This document shows, piece after piece, positions 30,350-44,700 of a stretch of 64,000 nucleotides of DNA. The DNA lies in contig OZ249436.1 in assembly GCA_965235115.1 (NCBI GenBank), forward strand, positions 12,030,001 through 12,094,000, in the 5' to 3' direction. The notes beneath the pieces are model-generated. The model did not search any database and had not been told where the DNA came from. It saw nothing but the letters and a program-made list of their open reading frames with translations. The number at the start of each line of letters is the position of its first letter. Within the stretch, counting starts at the first letter, position 1. Made by a program: the position numbers and the translations under genes. The stretch comes from Laetmonice hystrix (taxonomy: Eukaryota).

Positions 30350-30700
30350 CCTCATTTCATGTTTCCATGCCTTTACTGTCTAGGAGGCAGGCGATACGTT
30401 TAGTCGATCATTTTCTGCCATCTAATCTGTTTCCCGTGCAGACTGTCTGTAAGCGTCCGACCACGTTATCAAGTAGTCCCAATGGCAATTTGCCGTAAAG
30501 GTTTAATTAACAATGGCAAATGAAACGGTCGTACGCCTTTTCTACATCAGATATCCCATCCCCAAGTATAAAGGTTACAGAAATGTTGCAGGCAAACGCC
30601 GCCGTGCTGTACTGAGGCGGCGCCTTCGACTACACTGCCACCTTCCGGCTTCCGATGGAATCTCCAAATTTTCCTGGCCGGACCGGGCGCCCGGAGGCAC
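30350..30700 (-). repeat. Inverted, diverged partial monomer of the 853-bp satellite
   Basis: tcatgtttccatgcc..., tttgccgtaaaggtttaattaacaatg, atcagatatcccatcccca and cactgccaccttccggc are reverse complements of array motifs. Confidence 0.88.
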
Positions 30701-30911
30701 AAGTCAGCGTATGCCCATAAAGTCCATGTGGCTTCACTTCCTAGGTCGAAAACCACTTCACCACCGCTTTAAAAAGCTATCTAATTCTCAGAATAATCAC
30801 CGGAACGTCTCCATATTCAGAGAAAGTGTTAGCCTCTAGGCCTGGTACAACATACTAAAAGATAAAGTTGATACCTCAAAAGCTGACTAACTTGGGCTGG
30901 AATCTGTTTTG

Positions 30912-32781
30912 CTTAAGCCTTTACGGCAAACATGGGTCTACCATACAACGTTGTCGGACGCTTACAGGTGGTCAGTAGGGGACACAGATTACATGGGAGT
31001 AAATGATGGACGAAACGGATGGCCTGCCTCTTGGACAATAAAGGCATGGAAACATGAATAATGAGGCGTCCCGATATTACTAGCTAAGGTTGTATAGAAG
31101 CAAACAGTAAAGTGAGGCCAAAGAGTACAGGGAGGCCAAACAGAACAGTGAGAAATCCCTACAAGGTACTGCCTTACCTAATACCCAAGCAAACACTGGA
31201 GTGAGGCCGAACAGTACCGTGAGGCCAAACAGTATACTGTGAGGCCAAGCACTATGAGAGGCCAAACAGTACACTGAGAAGTCTTATCGGCTGGCCTACT
31301 ACCCATTCAAACAGTTCAGTGAGGTAGTCGAAATGAAAGGTAGGCCTATAGGCGAGGGGCATCTAATGTTAAAATTTGGAGAAGATACTCAAATGGGAAG
31401 TAGACATATCACAACCATTTATCTCTAGCGAACGTACGAGACCTATACGGTTGACAGTTATACATCTGGCCTAACAATCATAATTTTGGGGGCGTAATTT
31501 CAATTTGACGTATCAAAAATGCAGCCATTTTTCGCTTATCATTGCATAAACCTGTCTCTTCCTTAAGCGCCATAGGTGCCTGCCAGCCCGGCCAGGTTTT
31601 AGGTGGTGATTACATCGGTAGCCGGAAGGTGGAAGTGCAGTCGGAGGGGACCGCTTCAGCACCGCACCCTGGTGTTTGCTTCCAACATCTCTGTCATTTG
31701 TTTCTACTTGGGGATGGGATATCTTATATAGAATGGCGAACAACGTCATTTGCCATTGTTAATTAAGTCTTTACGGCAAACATCCACTGGGTCTACCATA
31801 CAACGTTGTCGGACGCTTACAGGTGGTTAGTAGGGGACACAGATGACATGGGAGTAAATGATGGACGGAACGGATGGCCTGCCTCTTGGACAATAAAGGC
31901 ATGGAAACATGAAACATGAGGCGTCCCTATATTACTAGCTACAGTTGTATAAAAGCAAACAGTACAGTGAGGCCAAAGAGTACAGGGAGGCCAAACAGTA
32001 CAGTGAGAAATCCCTACAAGGTACTGCCTTGCCTAATACCCAAGCAAACACTACAGTGAGGCGGAACAGTACCGTGAGGCCAAACAGTATACTGTGAGAC
32101 CAAGCACTATCAGAGGCCAAACAGTACACTGAGAAGTCTTATCGCCTGGCCTACTACCCATGCAAACAGTTTAGTGAGGTAGTAGAAATGAACGGTATAG
32201 GCGAGGGGCATCTAATGTTAAAATTTGGAGAAGATACCCAAATGGGAAGGAGACATAGATCTATCACAACCATTTATCTCTAGCGAACGTACGAGACCTA
32301 TACGGTTGACAGTTATACATCTGGCCTAACAATCATAATTTTGGGGCCGTAATTTCAATTTGACGTATCAAAAATTCAGCCATTTTTCGCTTATTATTGC
32401 ATAAACCTGTCTCTCCCCTAAGCGCCATAGGTGCCTGCCAGCCCGGCCAGGTTTAAGGTGGTGATTACATCGGTGGCCGGAAGGTGGCAGTGCATTCGGA
32501 GAGGACCGCTTCAGTACCGCACCCTGGTGTTTGCTTGCAACATCTCTGTCATCTGTTTCTACTTGGAATATCTGATATAGAAAGGCGAACAAGGTCATTT
32601 GCCATTGTTAATTAAGTCGTTACGGCAAACATCCACTGGGTCTACCATACAACGTTGTCGGACGCTTACAGGTGGTCAGTAGGGGACACAGATTACATGG
32701 GAGTAAATGATGGACGAAACAGATGGCCTGCCTCTTGGACAATAAAGGCCTAATACCCAAGCAAACACTACAGTGGCCTGG
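30912..32781 (+). repeat. About 2 diverged edge monomers (about 855 bp) of the satellite
   Basis: ORF offsets 31080/31935 and 31513/32368 = 855; many substitutions relative to the core monomers. Confidence 0.9.
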
Positions 32782-35700
32782 GTATGGCCTGCCTCCTGGA
32801 CAATACAGGCATGGAAACATGAAACATGAAGCGTCCTTATACTACTGGCTACTGTCGTATAGAAGCAAACAGTACAGTGAGGCCAAAGAGTACAGGGAGG
32901 GCAAAGAGTACTGTGAGGAATCCCTGCTAACCTAGTACCCAAGCGAACACTACAGTGAGGCCGAGCGCTACAGTGAGGCTAAACAGCATACTGTCGGGCC
33001 AAGCAGTGTGGGAGGCCAAACAGTACAGTGAGGACTCCCTACATCTTACCGGCTGGCCTAGTACCAAAGCAAACAGTACAGTGAGAAAGTGGAAATGAAA
33101 GGTACAGACGAGGAGCATCTAATGTTAAAATTTTGAGAAAATACTGAAATGTGAAGTATACAGATCACAACCATTTCAGTATTTTCTCCAAAGCGAACGT
33201 ACGAGACCTATGCGGTTGACCGTTATACATCTGGCCTAAGAATCATAATTTTGGGGCCGTAGTTTCAATTTGACGTATCAAAAATGTAGCCAATTTTCGC
33301 TTATAATTGCATTAACCTGTCTTTCGCCTAAGGGTCACATGTGCCTGCCAGCCCGGCCAGGTATACGTGGTGATTCCACCGGTAGCCGGAAGGTGGCAGT
33401 GCAGTCGTAGCCGACGCTTCAGTACAGTACCCTGGCGTTTCCCTACAACATCTCTGTAATCTTTTTTTAGTTGGGGATGGGATATCTGATATAAGAAAGG
33501 CGTACAAGGTCATTTGCATTGTTAATTAAACCTTTACGGCAAACAGCTATTTAGACTACCTGACAACGTTGTCGGGCGCTAACAGATGGTCTGTAGTGGA
33601 CAGACATTAGATGGGAGTAAATGATAGACCAAACGTATGGCCTGCCTCCTGGACAATACAAGCATGGAAACATGAAACATGAAGCGTCCTTATACTACTG
33701 GCTACTGTCGTATAAAAGCAAACAGTACAGTGAGGCCAAAGAGTACAGGGAGGGCAAAGAGTACTGTGAGGAATCCCTGCTAACCTAGTACCCAAGCGAA
33801 CACTACAGTGAGGCCGAGCGCTACAGTGAGGCTAAACAGCATACTGTCGGGCCAAGCAGTGTGGGAGGCCAAACAGTACAGTGATACTCCCTACATCTTA
33901 CGGCAACCCTAGTACCAAAGCAAACAGTAGAGTGAGGCAGTAAAATTGAAAGGTACAGACGAGGAGCATCTAATGTTAAAATTTTGAGAAAATACTGAAA
34001 TGTGAAGTATACATATCACAACCATTTCAGTATTTTCTCCAAAGGGGACGTACGAGACCTATACGGTTGACCGTTATACATCTGACCTAAGAATAATAAT
34101 TTTTGGGCCGTAGTTTCAATTTGACGTATCAAAAATGAAACCATTTTTCGCTTATAATTGCATTAACCTGTCTTTCGCCTAAGGGTCGTAGGTGCCTGCT
34201 AGCACGGCCAGGTATACGTGGTGATTCCACCGGTAGCCGGAAGGTGGCAGTGCAGTGGCAGCCGACGCTTCAGTACAGTACCCTGGTGTTTCCCTGCAAC
34301 ATCTCTGTAATCTTTTTTTTAGTTGGGGATGGGATATCTGATATAAGAAAGGCGGACAAGGTCATTTGCATTGTTAATTAAACATTTACGGCAAACAGCT
34401 ATTTGGACTACATGACAACGTTGTCGGGCGCTTACAGTTGGTCTGTAGGGGACAGACATTTGATGGGAGTAAATGATAGAGCAAACGTATGGCCTGCCTC
34501 CTGGACAATACAGGCATGGAAACATGAAACATGAAGCGTTCTTATACTACTGGCTACTGTCGTATAGAAGCAAACAGTACAGTGAGGCCAAAGAGTACAG
34601 GGAGGGCAAAGAGTACTGTGAGGAATCCCTGCTAACCTAGTACCCAAGCGAACACTACAGTGAGGCCAAGCACTACAGTGAGGCTAAACAGCATACTGTC
34701 GGGCCAAGCAGTGTGGGAGGCCATACAGTACAGTGATACTCCCTACATCTTACGGCAACCCTAGTACCAAAGCAAACAGTACAGTGAGGCAGTGGAAATG
34801 AAAGGTACAGACGAGGAGCATCTAATGTTAAAATCTTTGAGAAAATACTGAAATGTGAAGTATACATATCACAACCATTTCAGTATTTTCTCCAAAGCGA
34901 ACGTACGAGACCTATACGGTTGACCGTTATACATCTGACCTAAGAATAATAATTTTTGGGCCGTAGTTTCAATTTGACGTATCAAAAATGAAACCATTTT
35001 TCGCTTATAATTGCATTAACCTGTCTTTCGCCTAAGGGGCGCAGGTGCCTGCCAGCACGGCCAGGTATACGTGGTGATTCCACCGGTAGCCGGAAGGTGG
35101 CAGTGCAGTCGCAGCCGACGCTTCAGTACAGTACCCTGGTGTTTCCCTGCAACATCTCTGTAATCTTTTTTTAGTTGGGGATGGGATATCTGAAATAAGA
35201 AAGGCGTACAAGGTCATTTGCATTGTTAATTAAACATTTACGGCAAACAGCTATTTGGACTACCTGACAACGTTGTCGGTCGCTTACAGATGGTCTGTAG
35301 GGGACAGACATATTAGATGGGAGTAAATGATAGAGCAAACGTATGGCCTGCCTCCTGGACAATACAGGCATGGAAACATGAAACATGAAGCGTCCTTATA
35401 CTACTGGCTACTGTCGTATAGAAGCAAACAGTACAGTGAGGCCAAAGAGTACAGGGAGGGCAAAGAGTACTGTGAGGAATCCCTGCTAACCTAGTACCCA
35501 AGCGAACACTACAGTGAGGCCAAGCACTACAGTGAGGCTAAACAGCATACTATCGGGCCAAGCAGTGTGGGAGGCCAAACAGTACAGTGAGGACTCCCTA
35601 CATCTTACCGGCTGGCCTAGTACCAATGCAAACAGTACAGTGAGAAAGTGGAAATGAAAGGTACAGACGAGGAGCATCTAATGTTAAAATTTTGAGAATA

Positions 35701-38700
35701 TACTGAAATGTGAAGTATACAGATCACAACCATTTTAGTATTTTCTCCAAAGCGAACGTACGAGACCTATACGGTTGACCGTTATACATCTGGCCTAAGA
35801 ATCATAATTTTGGGGCCGTAGTTTCAATTTGACGTATCAAAAATGTAGCCAATTTTCGCTTATAATTGCATTAACCTGTCTTTCGCCTAAGGGTCACATG
35901 TGCCTGCCAGCCCGGCCAGGTATACGTGGTGATTCCACCGGTAGCCGGAAGGTGGCAGTGCAGTCGTAGCCGACGCTTCAGTACAGTACCCTGGCGTTTC
36001 CCTACAACATCTCTGTAATCTTTTTTTAGTTGGGGATGGGATATCTGATATAAGAAAGGCGTACACGGTCATTTGCATTGTTAATTAAACCTTTACGGCA
36101 AACAGCTATTTAGACTACCTGACAACGTTGTCGGGCGCTAACAGATGGTCTGTAGTGGACAGACATTAGATGGGAGTAAATGATAGACCAAACGTATGGC
36201 CTGCCTCCTGGACAATACAAGCATGGAAACATGAAACATGAAGCGTCCTTATACTACTGGCTACTGTCGTAAAAAAGCAAACAGTACAGTGAGGCCAAAG
36301 AGTACAGGGAGGGCAAAGAGTACTGTGAGGAATCCCTGCTAACCTAGTACCCAAGCGAACACTACAGTGAGGCCGAGCGCTACAGTGAGGCTAAACAGCA
36401 TACTGTCGGGCCAAGCAGTGTGGGAGGCCAAACAGTACAGTGATACTCCCTACATCTTACGGCAACCCTAGTACCAAAGCAAACAGTAGAGTGAGGCAGT
36501 GAAAATGAAAGGTACAGACGAGGAGCATCTAATGTTAAAATTTTGAGAAAATACTGAAATGTGAAGTATACATATCACAACCATTTCAGTATTTTCTCCA
36601 AAGCGAACGTACGAGACCTATACGGTTGACCGTTATACATCTGACCTAAGAATAATAATTTTTGGGCCGTAGTTTCAATTTGACGTATCAAAAATGAAAC
36701 CATTTTTCGCTTATAATTGCATTAACCTGTCTTTCGCCTAAGGGTCGCAGGTGCCTGCCAGCACGGCCAGGTATACGTGGTGATTCCACCGGTAGCCGGA
36801 AGGTGGCAGTGCAGTCGCAGCCGACGCTTCAGTACAGTACCCTGGTGTTTCCCTGCAACATCTCTGTAATCTTTTTTTAGTTGGGGATGGGATATCTGAA
36901 ATAAGAAAGGCGTACAAGGTCATTTGCATTGTTAATTAAACATTTACGGCAAACAGCTATTTGGACTACCTGACAACGTTGTCGGTCGCTTACAGATGGT
37001 CTGTAGGGGACAGACATATTAGATGGGAGTAAATGATAGAGCAAACGTATGGCCTGCCTCCTGGACAATACAGGCATGGAAACATGAAACATGAAGCGTC
37101 CTTATACTACTGGCTACTGTCGTATAGAAGCAAACAGTACAGTGAGGCCAAAGAGTACAGGGAGGGCAAAGAGTACTGTGAGGAATCCCTGCTAACCTAG
37201 TACCCAAGCGAACACTACAGTGAGGCCAAGCACTACAGTGAGGCTAAACAGCATACTATCGGGCCAAGCAGTGTGGGAGGCCAAACAGTACAGTGAGGAC
37301 TCCCTACATCTTACCGGCTGGCCTAGTACCAATGCAAACAGTACAGTGAGAAAGTGGAAATGAAAGGTACAGACGAGGAGCATCTAATGTTAAAATTTTG
37401 AGAATATACTGAAATGTGAAGTATACAGATCACAACCATTTTAGTATTTTCTCCAAAGCGAACGTACGAGACCTATACGGTTGACCGTTATACATCTGGC
37501 CTAAGAATCATAATTTTGGGGCCGTAGTTTCAATTTGACGTATCAAAAATGTAGCCAATTTTCGCTTATAATTGCATTAACCTGTCTTTCGCCTAAGGGT
37601 CACATGTGCCTGCCAGCCCGGCCAGGTATACGTGGTGATTCCACCGGTAGCCGGAAGGTGGCAGTGCAGTCGTAGCCGACGCTTCAGTACAGTACCCTGG
37701 CGTTTCCCTACAACATCTCTGTAATCTTTTTTTAGTTGGGGATGGGATATCTGATATAAGAAAGGCGTACACGGTCATTTGCATTGTTAATTAAACCTTT
37801 ACGGCAAACAGCTATTTAGACTACCTGACAACGTTGTCGGGCGCTAACAGATGGTCTGTAGTGGACAGACATTAGATGGGAGTAAATGATAGACCAAACG
37901 TATGGCCTGCCTCCTGGACAATACAAGCATGGAAACATGAAACATGAAGCGTCCTTATACTACTGGCTACTGTCGTAAAAAAGCAAACAGTACAGTGAGG
38001 CCAAAGAGTACAGGGAGGGCAAAGAGTACTGTGAGGAATCCCTGCTAACCTAGTACCCAAGCGAACACTACAGTGAGGCCGAGCGCTACAGTGAGGCTAA
38101 ACAGCATACTGTCGGGCCAAGCAGTGTGGGAGGCCAAACAGTACAGTGATACTCCCTACATCTTACGGCAACCCTAGTACCAAAGCAAACAGTAGAGTGA
38201 GGCAGTGAAAATGAAAGGTACAGACGAGGAGCATCTAATGTTAAAATTTTGAGAAAATACTGAAATGTGAAGTATACATATCACAACCATTTCAGTATTT
38301 TCTCCAAAGCGAACGTACGAGACCTATACGGTTGACCGTTATACATCTGACCTAAGAATAATAATTTTTGGGCCGTAGTTTCAATTTGACGTATCAAAAA
38401 TGAAACCATTTTTCGCTTATAATTGCATTAACCTGTCTTTCGCCTAAGGGTCGCAGGTGCCTGCCAGCACGGCCAGGTATACGTGGTGATTCCACCGGTA
38501 GCCGGAAGGTGGCAGTGCAGTCGCAGCCGACGCTTCAGTACAGTACCCTGGTGTTTCCCTGCAACATCTCTGTAATCTTTTTTTAGTTGGGGATGGGATA
38601 TCTGAAATAAGAAAGGCGTACAAGGTCATTTGCATTGTTAATTAAACATTTACGGCAAACAGCTATTTGGACTACCTGACAACGTTGTCGGTCGCTTACA

Positions 38701-41700
38701 GATGGTCTGTAGGGGACAGACATATTAGATGGGAGTAAATGATAGAGCAAACGTATGGCCTGCCTCCTGGACAATACAGGCATGGAAACATGAAACATGA
38801 AGCGTCCTTATACTACTGGCTACTGTCGTATAGAAGCAAACAGTACAGTGAGGCCAAAGAGTACAGGGAGGGCAAAGAGTACTGTGAGGAATCCCTGCTA
38901 ACCTAGTACCCAAGCGAACACTACAGTGAGGCCAAGCACTACAGTGAGGCTAAACAGCATACTATCGGGCCAAGCAGTGTGGGAGGCCAAACAGTACAGT
39001 GAGGACTCCCTACATCTTACCGGCTGGCCTAGTACCAATGCAAACAGTACAGTGAGAAAGTGGAAATGAAAGGTACAGACGAGGAGCATCTAATGTTAAA
39101 ATTTTGAGAATATACTGAAATGTGAAGTATACAGATCACAACCATTTTAGTATTTTCTCCAAAGCGAACGTACGAGACCTATACGGTTGACCGTTATACA
39201 TCTGGCCTAAGAATCATAATTTTGGGGCCGTAGTTTCAATTTGACGTATCAAAAATGTAGCCAATTTTCGCTTATAATTGCATTAACCTGTCTTTCGCCT
39301 AAGGGTCACATGTGCCTGCCAGCCCGGCCAGGTATACGTGGTGATTCCACCGGTAGCCGGAAGGTGGCAGTGCAGTCGCAGCCGACGCTTCAGTACAGTA
39401 CCCTGGTGTTTCCCTGCAACATCTCTGTAATCTTTTTTTTAGTTGGGGATGGGATATCTGATATAAGAAAGGCGGACAAGGTCATTTGCATTGTTAATTA
39501 AACATTTACGGCAAACAGCTATTTGGACTACCTGACAACGTTGTCGGGCGCTTACAGATGGTCTGTAGGGGACAGACATTTGATGGGAGTAAATGATAGA
39601 CCAAACGTATGGCCTGCCTCCTGGACAATACAAGCATGGAAACATGAAACATGAAGCGTCCTTATACTACTGGCTACTGTCGTAAAAAAGCAAACAGTAC
39701 AGTGAGGCCAAAGAGTACAGGGAGGGCAAAGAGTACTGTGAGGAATCCCTGCTAACCTAGTACCCAAGCGAACACTACAGTGAGGCCGAGCGCTACAGTG
39801 AGGCTAAACAGCATACTGTCGGGCCAAGCAGTGTGGGAGGCCAAACAGTACAGTGATACTCCCTACATCTTACGGCAACCCTAGTACCAAAGCAAACAGT
39901 AGAGTGAGGCAGTGAAAATGAAAGGTACAGACGAGGAGCATCTAATGTTAAAATTTTGAGAAAATACTGAAATGTGAAGTATACATATCACAACCATTTC
40001 AGTATTTTCTCCAAAGCGAACGTACGAGGCCTATACGGTTGACCGTTATACATCTGACCTAAGAATAATAATTTTTGGGCCGTAGTTTCAATTTGACGTA
40101 TCAAAAATGAAACCACTTTTCGCTTATAATTGCATTAACCTGTCTTTCGCCTAAGGGTCGCAGGTGCCTGCCAGCACGGCCAGGTATACGTGGTGATTCC
40201 ACCGGTAGCCGGAAGGTGGCAGTGCAGTGGCAGCCGACGCTTCAGTACAGTACCCTGGTGTTTTCCTGCAACATCTCTGTAATCTTTTTTTTAGTTGGGG
40301 ATGGGATATCTGATATAAGAAAGGCGTACAAGGTCATTTGCATTGTTAATTAAACCTTTACGGCAAACAGCTATTTGGACTACCTGACAACGTTGTCGGG
40401 CACTTACAGTTGGTCTGTAGGGGACAGACATTTGATGGGAGTAAATGATAGAGCAAACGTATGGCCTGCCTCCTGGACAATACAGGCATGGAAACATGAA
40501 ACATGAAGCGTTCTTATACTACTGGCTACTGTCGTATAGAAGCAAACAGTACAGTGAGGCCAAAGAGTACAGGGAGGGCAAAGAGTACTGTGAGGAATCC
40601 CTGCTAACCTAGTACCCAAGCGAACACTACAGTGAGGCCAAGCACTACAGTGAGGCTAAACAGCATACTGTCGGGCCAAACAGTGTGGGAGGCCAAACAG
40701 TACAGTGAGGACTCCCTACATCTTACCGGCTGGCCTAGTACCAATGCAAACAGTACAGTGAGAAAGTGGAAATGAAAGGTACAGACGAGGAGCATCTAAT
40801 GTTAAAATTTTGAGAATATACTGAAATGTGAAGTATACAGATCACAACCATTTCAGTATTTTCTCCAAAGCGAACGTACGAGACCTATGCGGTTGACCGT
40901 TATACATCTGGCCTAAGAATCATAATTTTGGGGCCGTAGTTTCAATTTGACGTATCAAAAATGTAGCCAATTTTCGCTTATAATTGCATTAACCTGTCTT
41001 TCGCCTAAGGGTCACATGTGCCTGCCAGCCCGGCCAGGTATACGTGGTGATTCCACCGGTAGCCGGAAGGTGGCAGTGCAGTCGTAGCCGACGCTTCAGT
41101 ACAGTACCCTGGCGTTTCCCTACAACATCTCTGTAATCTTTTTTTAGTTGGGGATGGGATATCTGATATAAGAAAGGCGTACAAGGTCATTTGCATTGTT
41201 AATTAAACCTTTACGGCAAACAGCTATTTAGACTACCTGACAACGTTGTCGGGCGCTAACAGATGGTCTGTAGTGGACAGACATTAGATGGGAGTAAATG
41301 ATAGACCAAACGTATGGCCTGCCTCCTGGACAATACAGGCATGGAAACATGAAACATGAAGCGTCCTTATACTACTGGCTACTGTCGTATAGAAGCAGAC
41401 AGTACAGTGAGGCCAAAGAGTACAGGGAGGGCAAAGAGTACTGTGAGGAATCCCTGCTAACCTAGTACCCAAGCGAAATCTACAGTGAGGCCAAGCACTA
41501 CAGTGAGGCTAAACAGCATACTATCGGGCCAAGCAGTGTGGGAGGCCAAACAATGCAGTGATACTCCCTACATCTTACGGCAACCCTAGTACCAAAGCAA
41601 AGAGTACAGTGAGGCAGTGGAAATGAAAGGTACAGAGGAGGAGCATCTACTGTTAAAATTTTGAGAAAATACTGAAATGTGAAGTATACATATCACAACC

Positions 41701-44700
41701 ATTTCAGTATTTTCTCCAAAGCGAACGTACGAGACCTATACGGTTGACCGTTATACATCTGGCCTAAGATTAATAATTTTTGGGCCGTAGTTTCAATTTG
41801 ACGTATCAAAAATGTAGCCAATTTTCGCTTATAATTGCATTAACCTGTCTTTCGCCTAAGGGTCACATGTGCCTGCCAGCCCGGCCAGGTATACGTGGTG
41901 ATTCCACCGGTAGCCGGAAGGTGGCAGTGCAGTCGCAGCCGACGCTTCAGTACAGTACCCTGGTGTTTCCCTGCAGCATCTCTGTAATCTTTTTTTAGTT
42001 GGGGATGGAATATCTGGTATAAGAAAGGCGTACAAGGTCATTTGCATTGTTAATTAAACCTTTACGGCAAACAGCTATTTAGACTACCTGACAACGTTGT
42101 CGGGCGCTAACAGATGGTCTGTAGTGACCAGACATTAGATGGGATTAAATCATAGACCAAACGTATGGCCTGCCTCCTGGACAATACAAGCATGGAAACA
42201 TGAAACATGAAGCGTCCTTATACTACTGGCTACTGTCGTATAGAAGCAAACAGTACAGTGAGGCCAAAGAGTACATGGAGGGCAAAGAGTACTGTGAGGA
42301 ATCCCTGCTAACCTAGTACCCAAGCGAACACTACAGTGAGGCCAAGCACTACAGTAAGGCTAAACAGCATACTGTCGGGCCAAGCAGTGTGGGAGGCCAT
42401 ACAGTACAGTGATACTCCCTACATCTTACGGCAACCCTAGTACCAAAGCAAACAGTACAGTGAGGCAGTGGAAATGAAAGGTACAGACGAGGAGCATCTA
42501 ATGTTAAAATTTTGAGAAAATACTGAAATGTGAAGTATACATATCACAACCATTTCAGTATTTTCTCCAAAGCGAACGTACGAGACCTATACGGTTGACC
42601 GTTATACATCTGACCTAAGAATAATAATTTTTGGGCCGTAGTTTCAATTTGACGTATCAAAAATGAAACCATTTTTCGCTTATAATTGCATTAACCTGTC
42701 TTTCGCCTAAGGGTCGCAGGTGCCTGCCAGCACGGCCAGGTATACGTGGTGATTCCACCGGTAGCCGGAAGGTGGCAGTGCAGTCGCAGCCGACGCTTCA
42801 GTACAGTACCCTGGTGTTTCCCTGCAACATCTCTGTAATCTTTTTTTAGTTGGGGATGGGATATCTGAAATAAGAAAGGCGTACAAGGTCATTTGCATTG
42901 TTAATTAAACATTTACGGCAAACAGCTATTTGGACTACCTGACAACGTTGTCGGTCGCTTACAGATGGTCTGTAGGGGACAGACATATTAGATGGGAGTA
43001 AATGATAGAGCAAACGTATGGCCTGCCTCCTGGACAATACAGGCATGGAAACATGAAACATGAAGCGTCCTTATACTACTGGCTACTGTCGTATAGAAGC
43101 AAACAGTACAGTGAGGCCAAAGAGTACAGGGAGGGCAAAGAGTACTGTGAGGAATCCCTGCTAACCTAGTACCCAAGCGAACACTACAGTGAGGCCAAGC
43201 ACTACAGTGAGGCTAAACAGCATACTATCGGGCCAAGCAGTGTGGGAGGCCAAACAGTACAGTGAGGACTCCCTACATCTTACCGGCTGGCCTAGTACCA
43301 ATGCAAACAGTACAGTGAGAAAGTGGAAATGAAAGGTACAGACGAGGAGCATCTAATGTTAAAATTTTGAGAATATACTGAAATGTGAAGTATACAGATC
43401 ACAACCATTTTAGTATTTTCTCCAAAGCGAACGTACGAGACCTATACGGTTGACCGTTATACATCTGGCCTAAGAATCATAATTTTGGGGCCGTAGTTTC
43501 AATTTGACGTATCAAAAATGTAGCCAATTTTCGCTTATAATTGCATTAACCTGTCTTTCGCCTAAGGGTCACATGTGCCTGCCAGCCCGGCCAGGTATAC
43601 GTGGTGATTCCACCGGTAGCCGGAAGGTGGCAGTGCAGTCGTAGCCGACGCTTCAGTACAGTACCCTGGCGTTTCCCTACAACATCTCTGTAATCTTTTT
43701 TTAGTTGGGGATGGGATATCTGATATAAGAAAGGCGTACACGGTCATTTGCATTGTTAATTAAACCTTTACGGCAAACAGCTATTTAGACTACCTGACAA
43801 CGTTGTCGGGCGCTAACAGATGGTCTGTAGTGGACAGACATTAGATGGGAGTAAATGATAGACCAAACGTATGGCCTGCCTCCTGGACAATACAAGCATG
43901 GAAACATGAAACATGAAGCGTCCTTATACTACTGGCTACTGTCGTAAAAAAGCAAACAGTACAGTGAGGCCAAAGAGTACAGGGAGGGCAAAGAGTACTG
44001 TGAGGAATCCCTGCTAACCTAGTACCCAAGCGAACACTACAGTGAGGCCGAGCGCTACAGTGAGGCTAAACAGCATACTGTCGGGCCAAGCAGTGTGGGA
44101 GGCCAAACAGTACAGTGATACTCCCTACATCTTACGGCAACCCTAGTACCAAAGCAAACAGTAGAGTGAGGCAGTGAAAATGAAAGGTACAGACGAGGAG
44201 CATCTAATGTTAAAATTTTGAGAAAATACTGAAATGTGAAGTATACATATCACAACCATTTCAGTATTTTCTCCAAAGCGAACGTACGAGACCTATACGG
44301 TTGACCGTTATACATCTGACCTAAGAATAATAATTTTTGGGCCGTAGTTTCAATTTGACGTATCAAAAATGAAACCATTTTTCGCTTATAATTGCATTAA
44401 CCTGTCTTTCGCCTAAGGGTCGCAGGTGCCTGCCAGCACGGCCAGGTATACGTGGTGATTCCACCGGTAGCCGGAAGGTGGCAGTGCAGTCGCAGCCGAC
44501 GCTTCAGTACAGTACCCTGGTGTTTCCCTGCAACATCTCTGTAATCTTTTTTTAGTTGGGGATGGGATATCTGAAATAAGAAAGGCGTACAAGGTCATTT
44601 GCATTGTTAATTAAACATTTACGGCAAACAGCTATTTGGACTACCTGACAACGTTGTCGGTCGCTTACAGATGGTCTGTAGGGGACAGACATATTAGATG

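Noticed and set aside
32860..33095. CRISPR-like short repeats
   Set aside because: Eukaryotic context, degenerate contiguous repeats without unique spacers, and no cas genes.
33500..33535. Minus-strand GGTTTAATTA like the start of nematode SL1, plus Sm-like AATTTT(T)GG in each monomer (SL RNA array?)
   Set aside because: Only a 10-nt match with no following AG|GT donor. The Sm-like site is on the opposite strand, and many monomers read TGTTTAATTA.
32782..33640. Hammerhead ribozyme/retrozyme, 5S, tRNA or histone repeat unit
   Set aside because: No CUGANGA/GAAA core, Pol III A/B boxes or histone-coding sequence was found on either strand.
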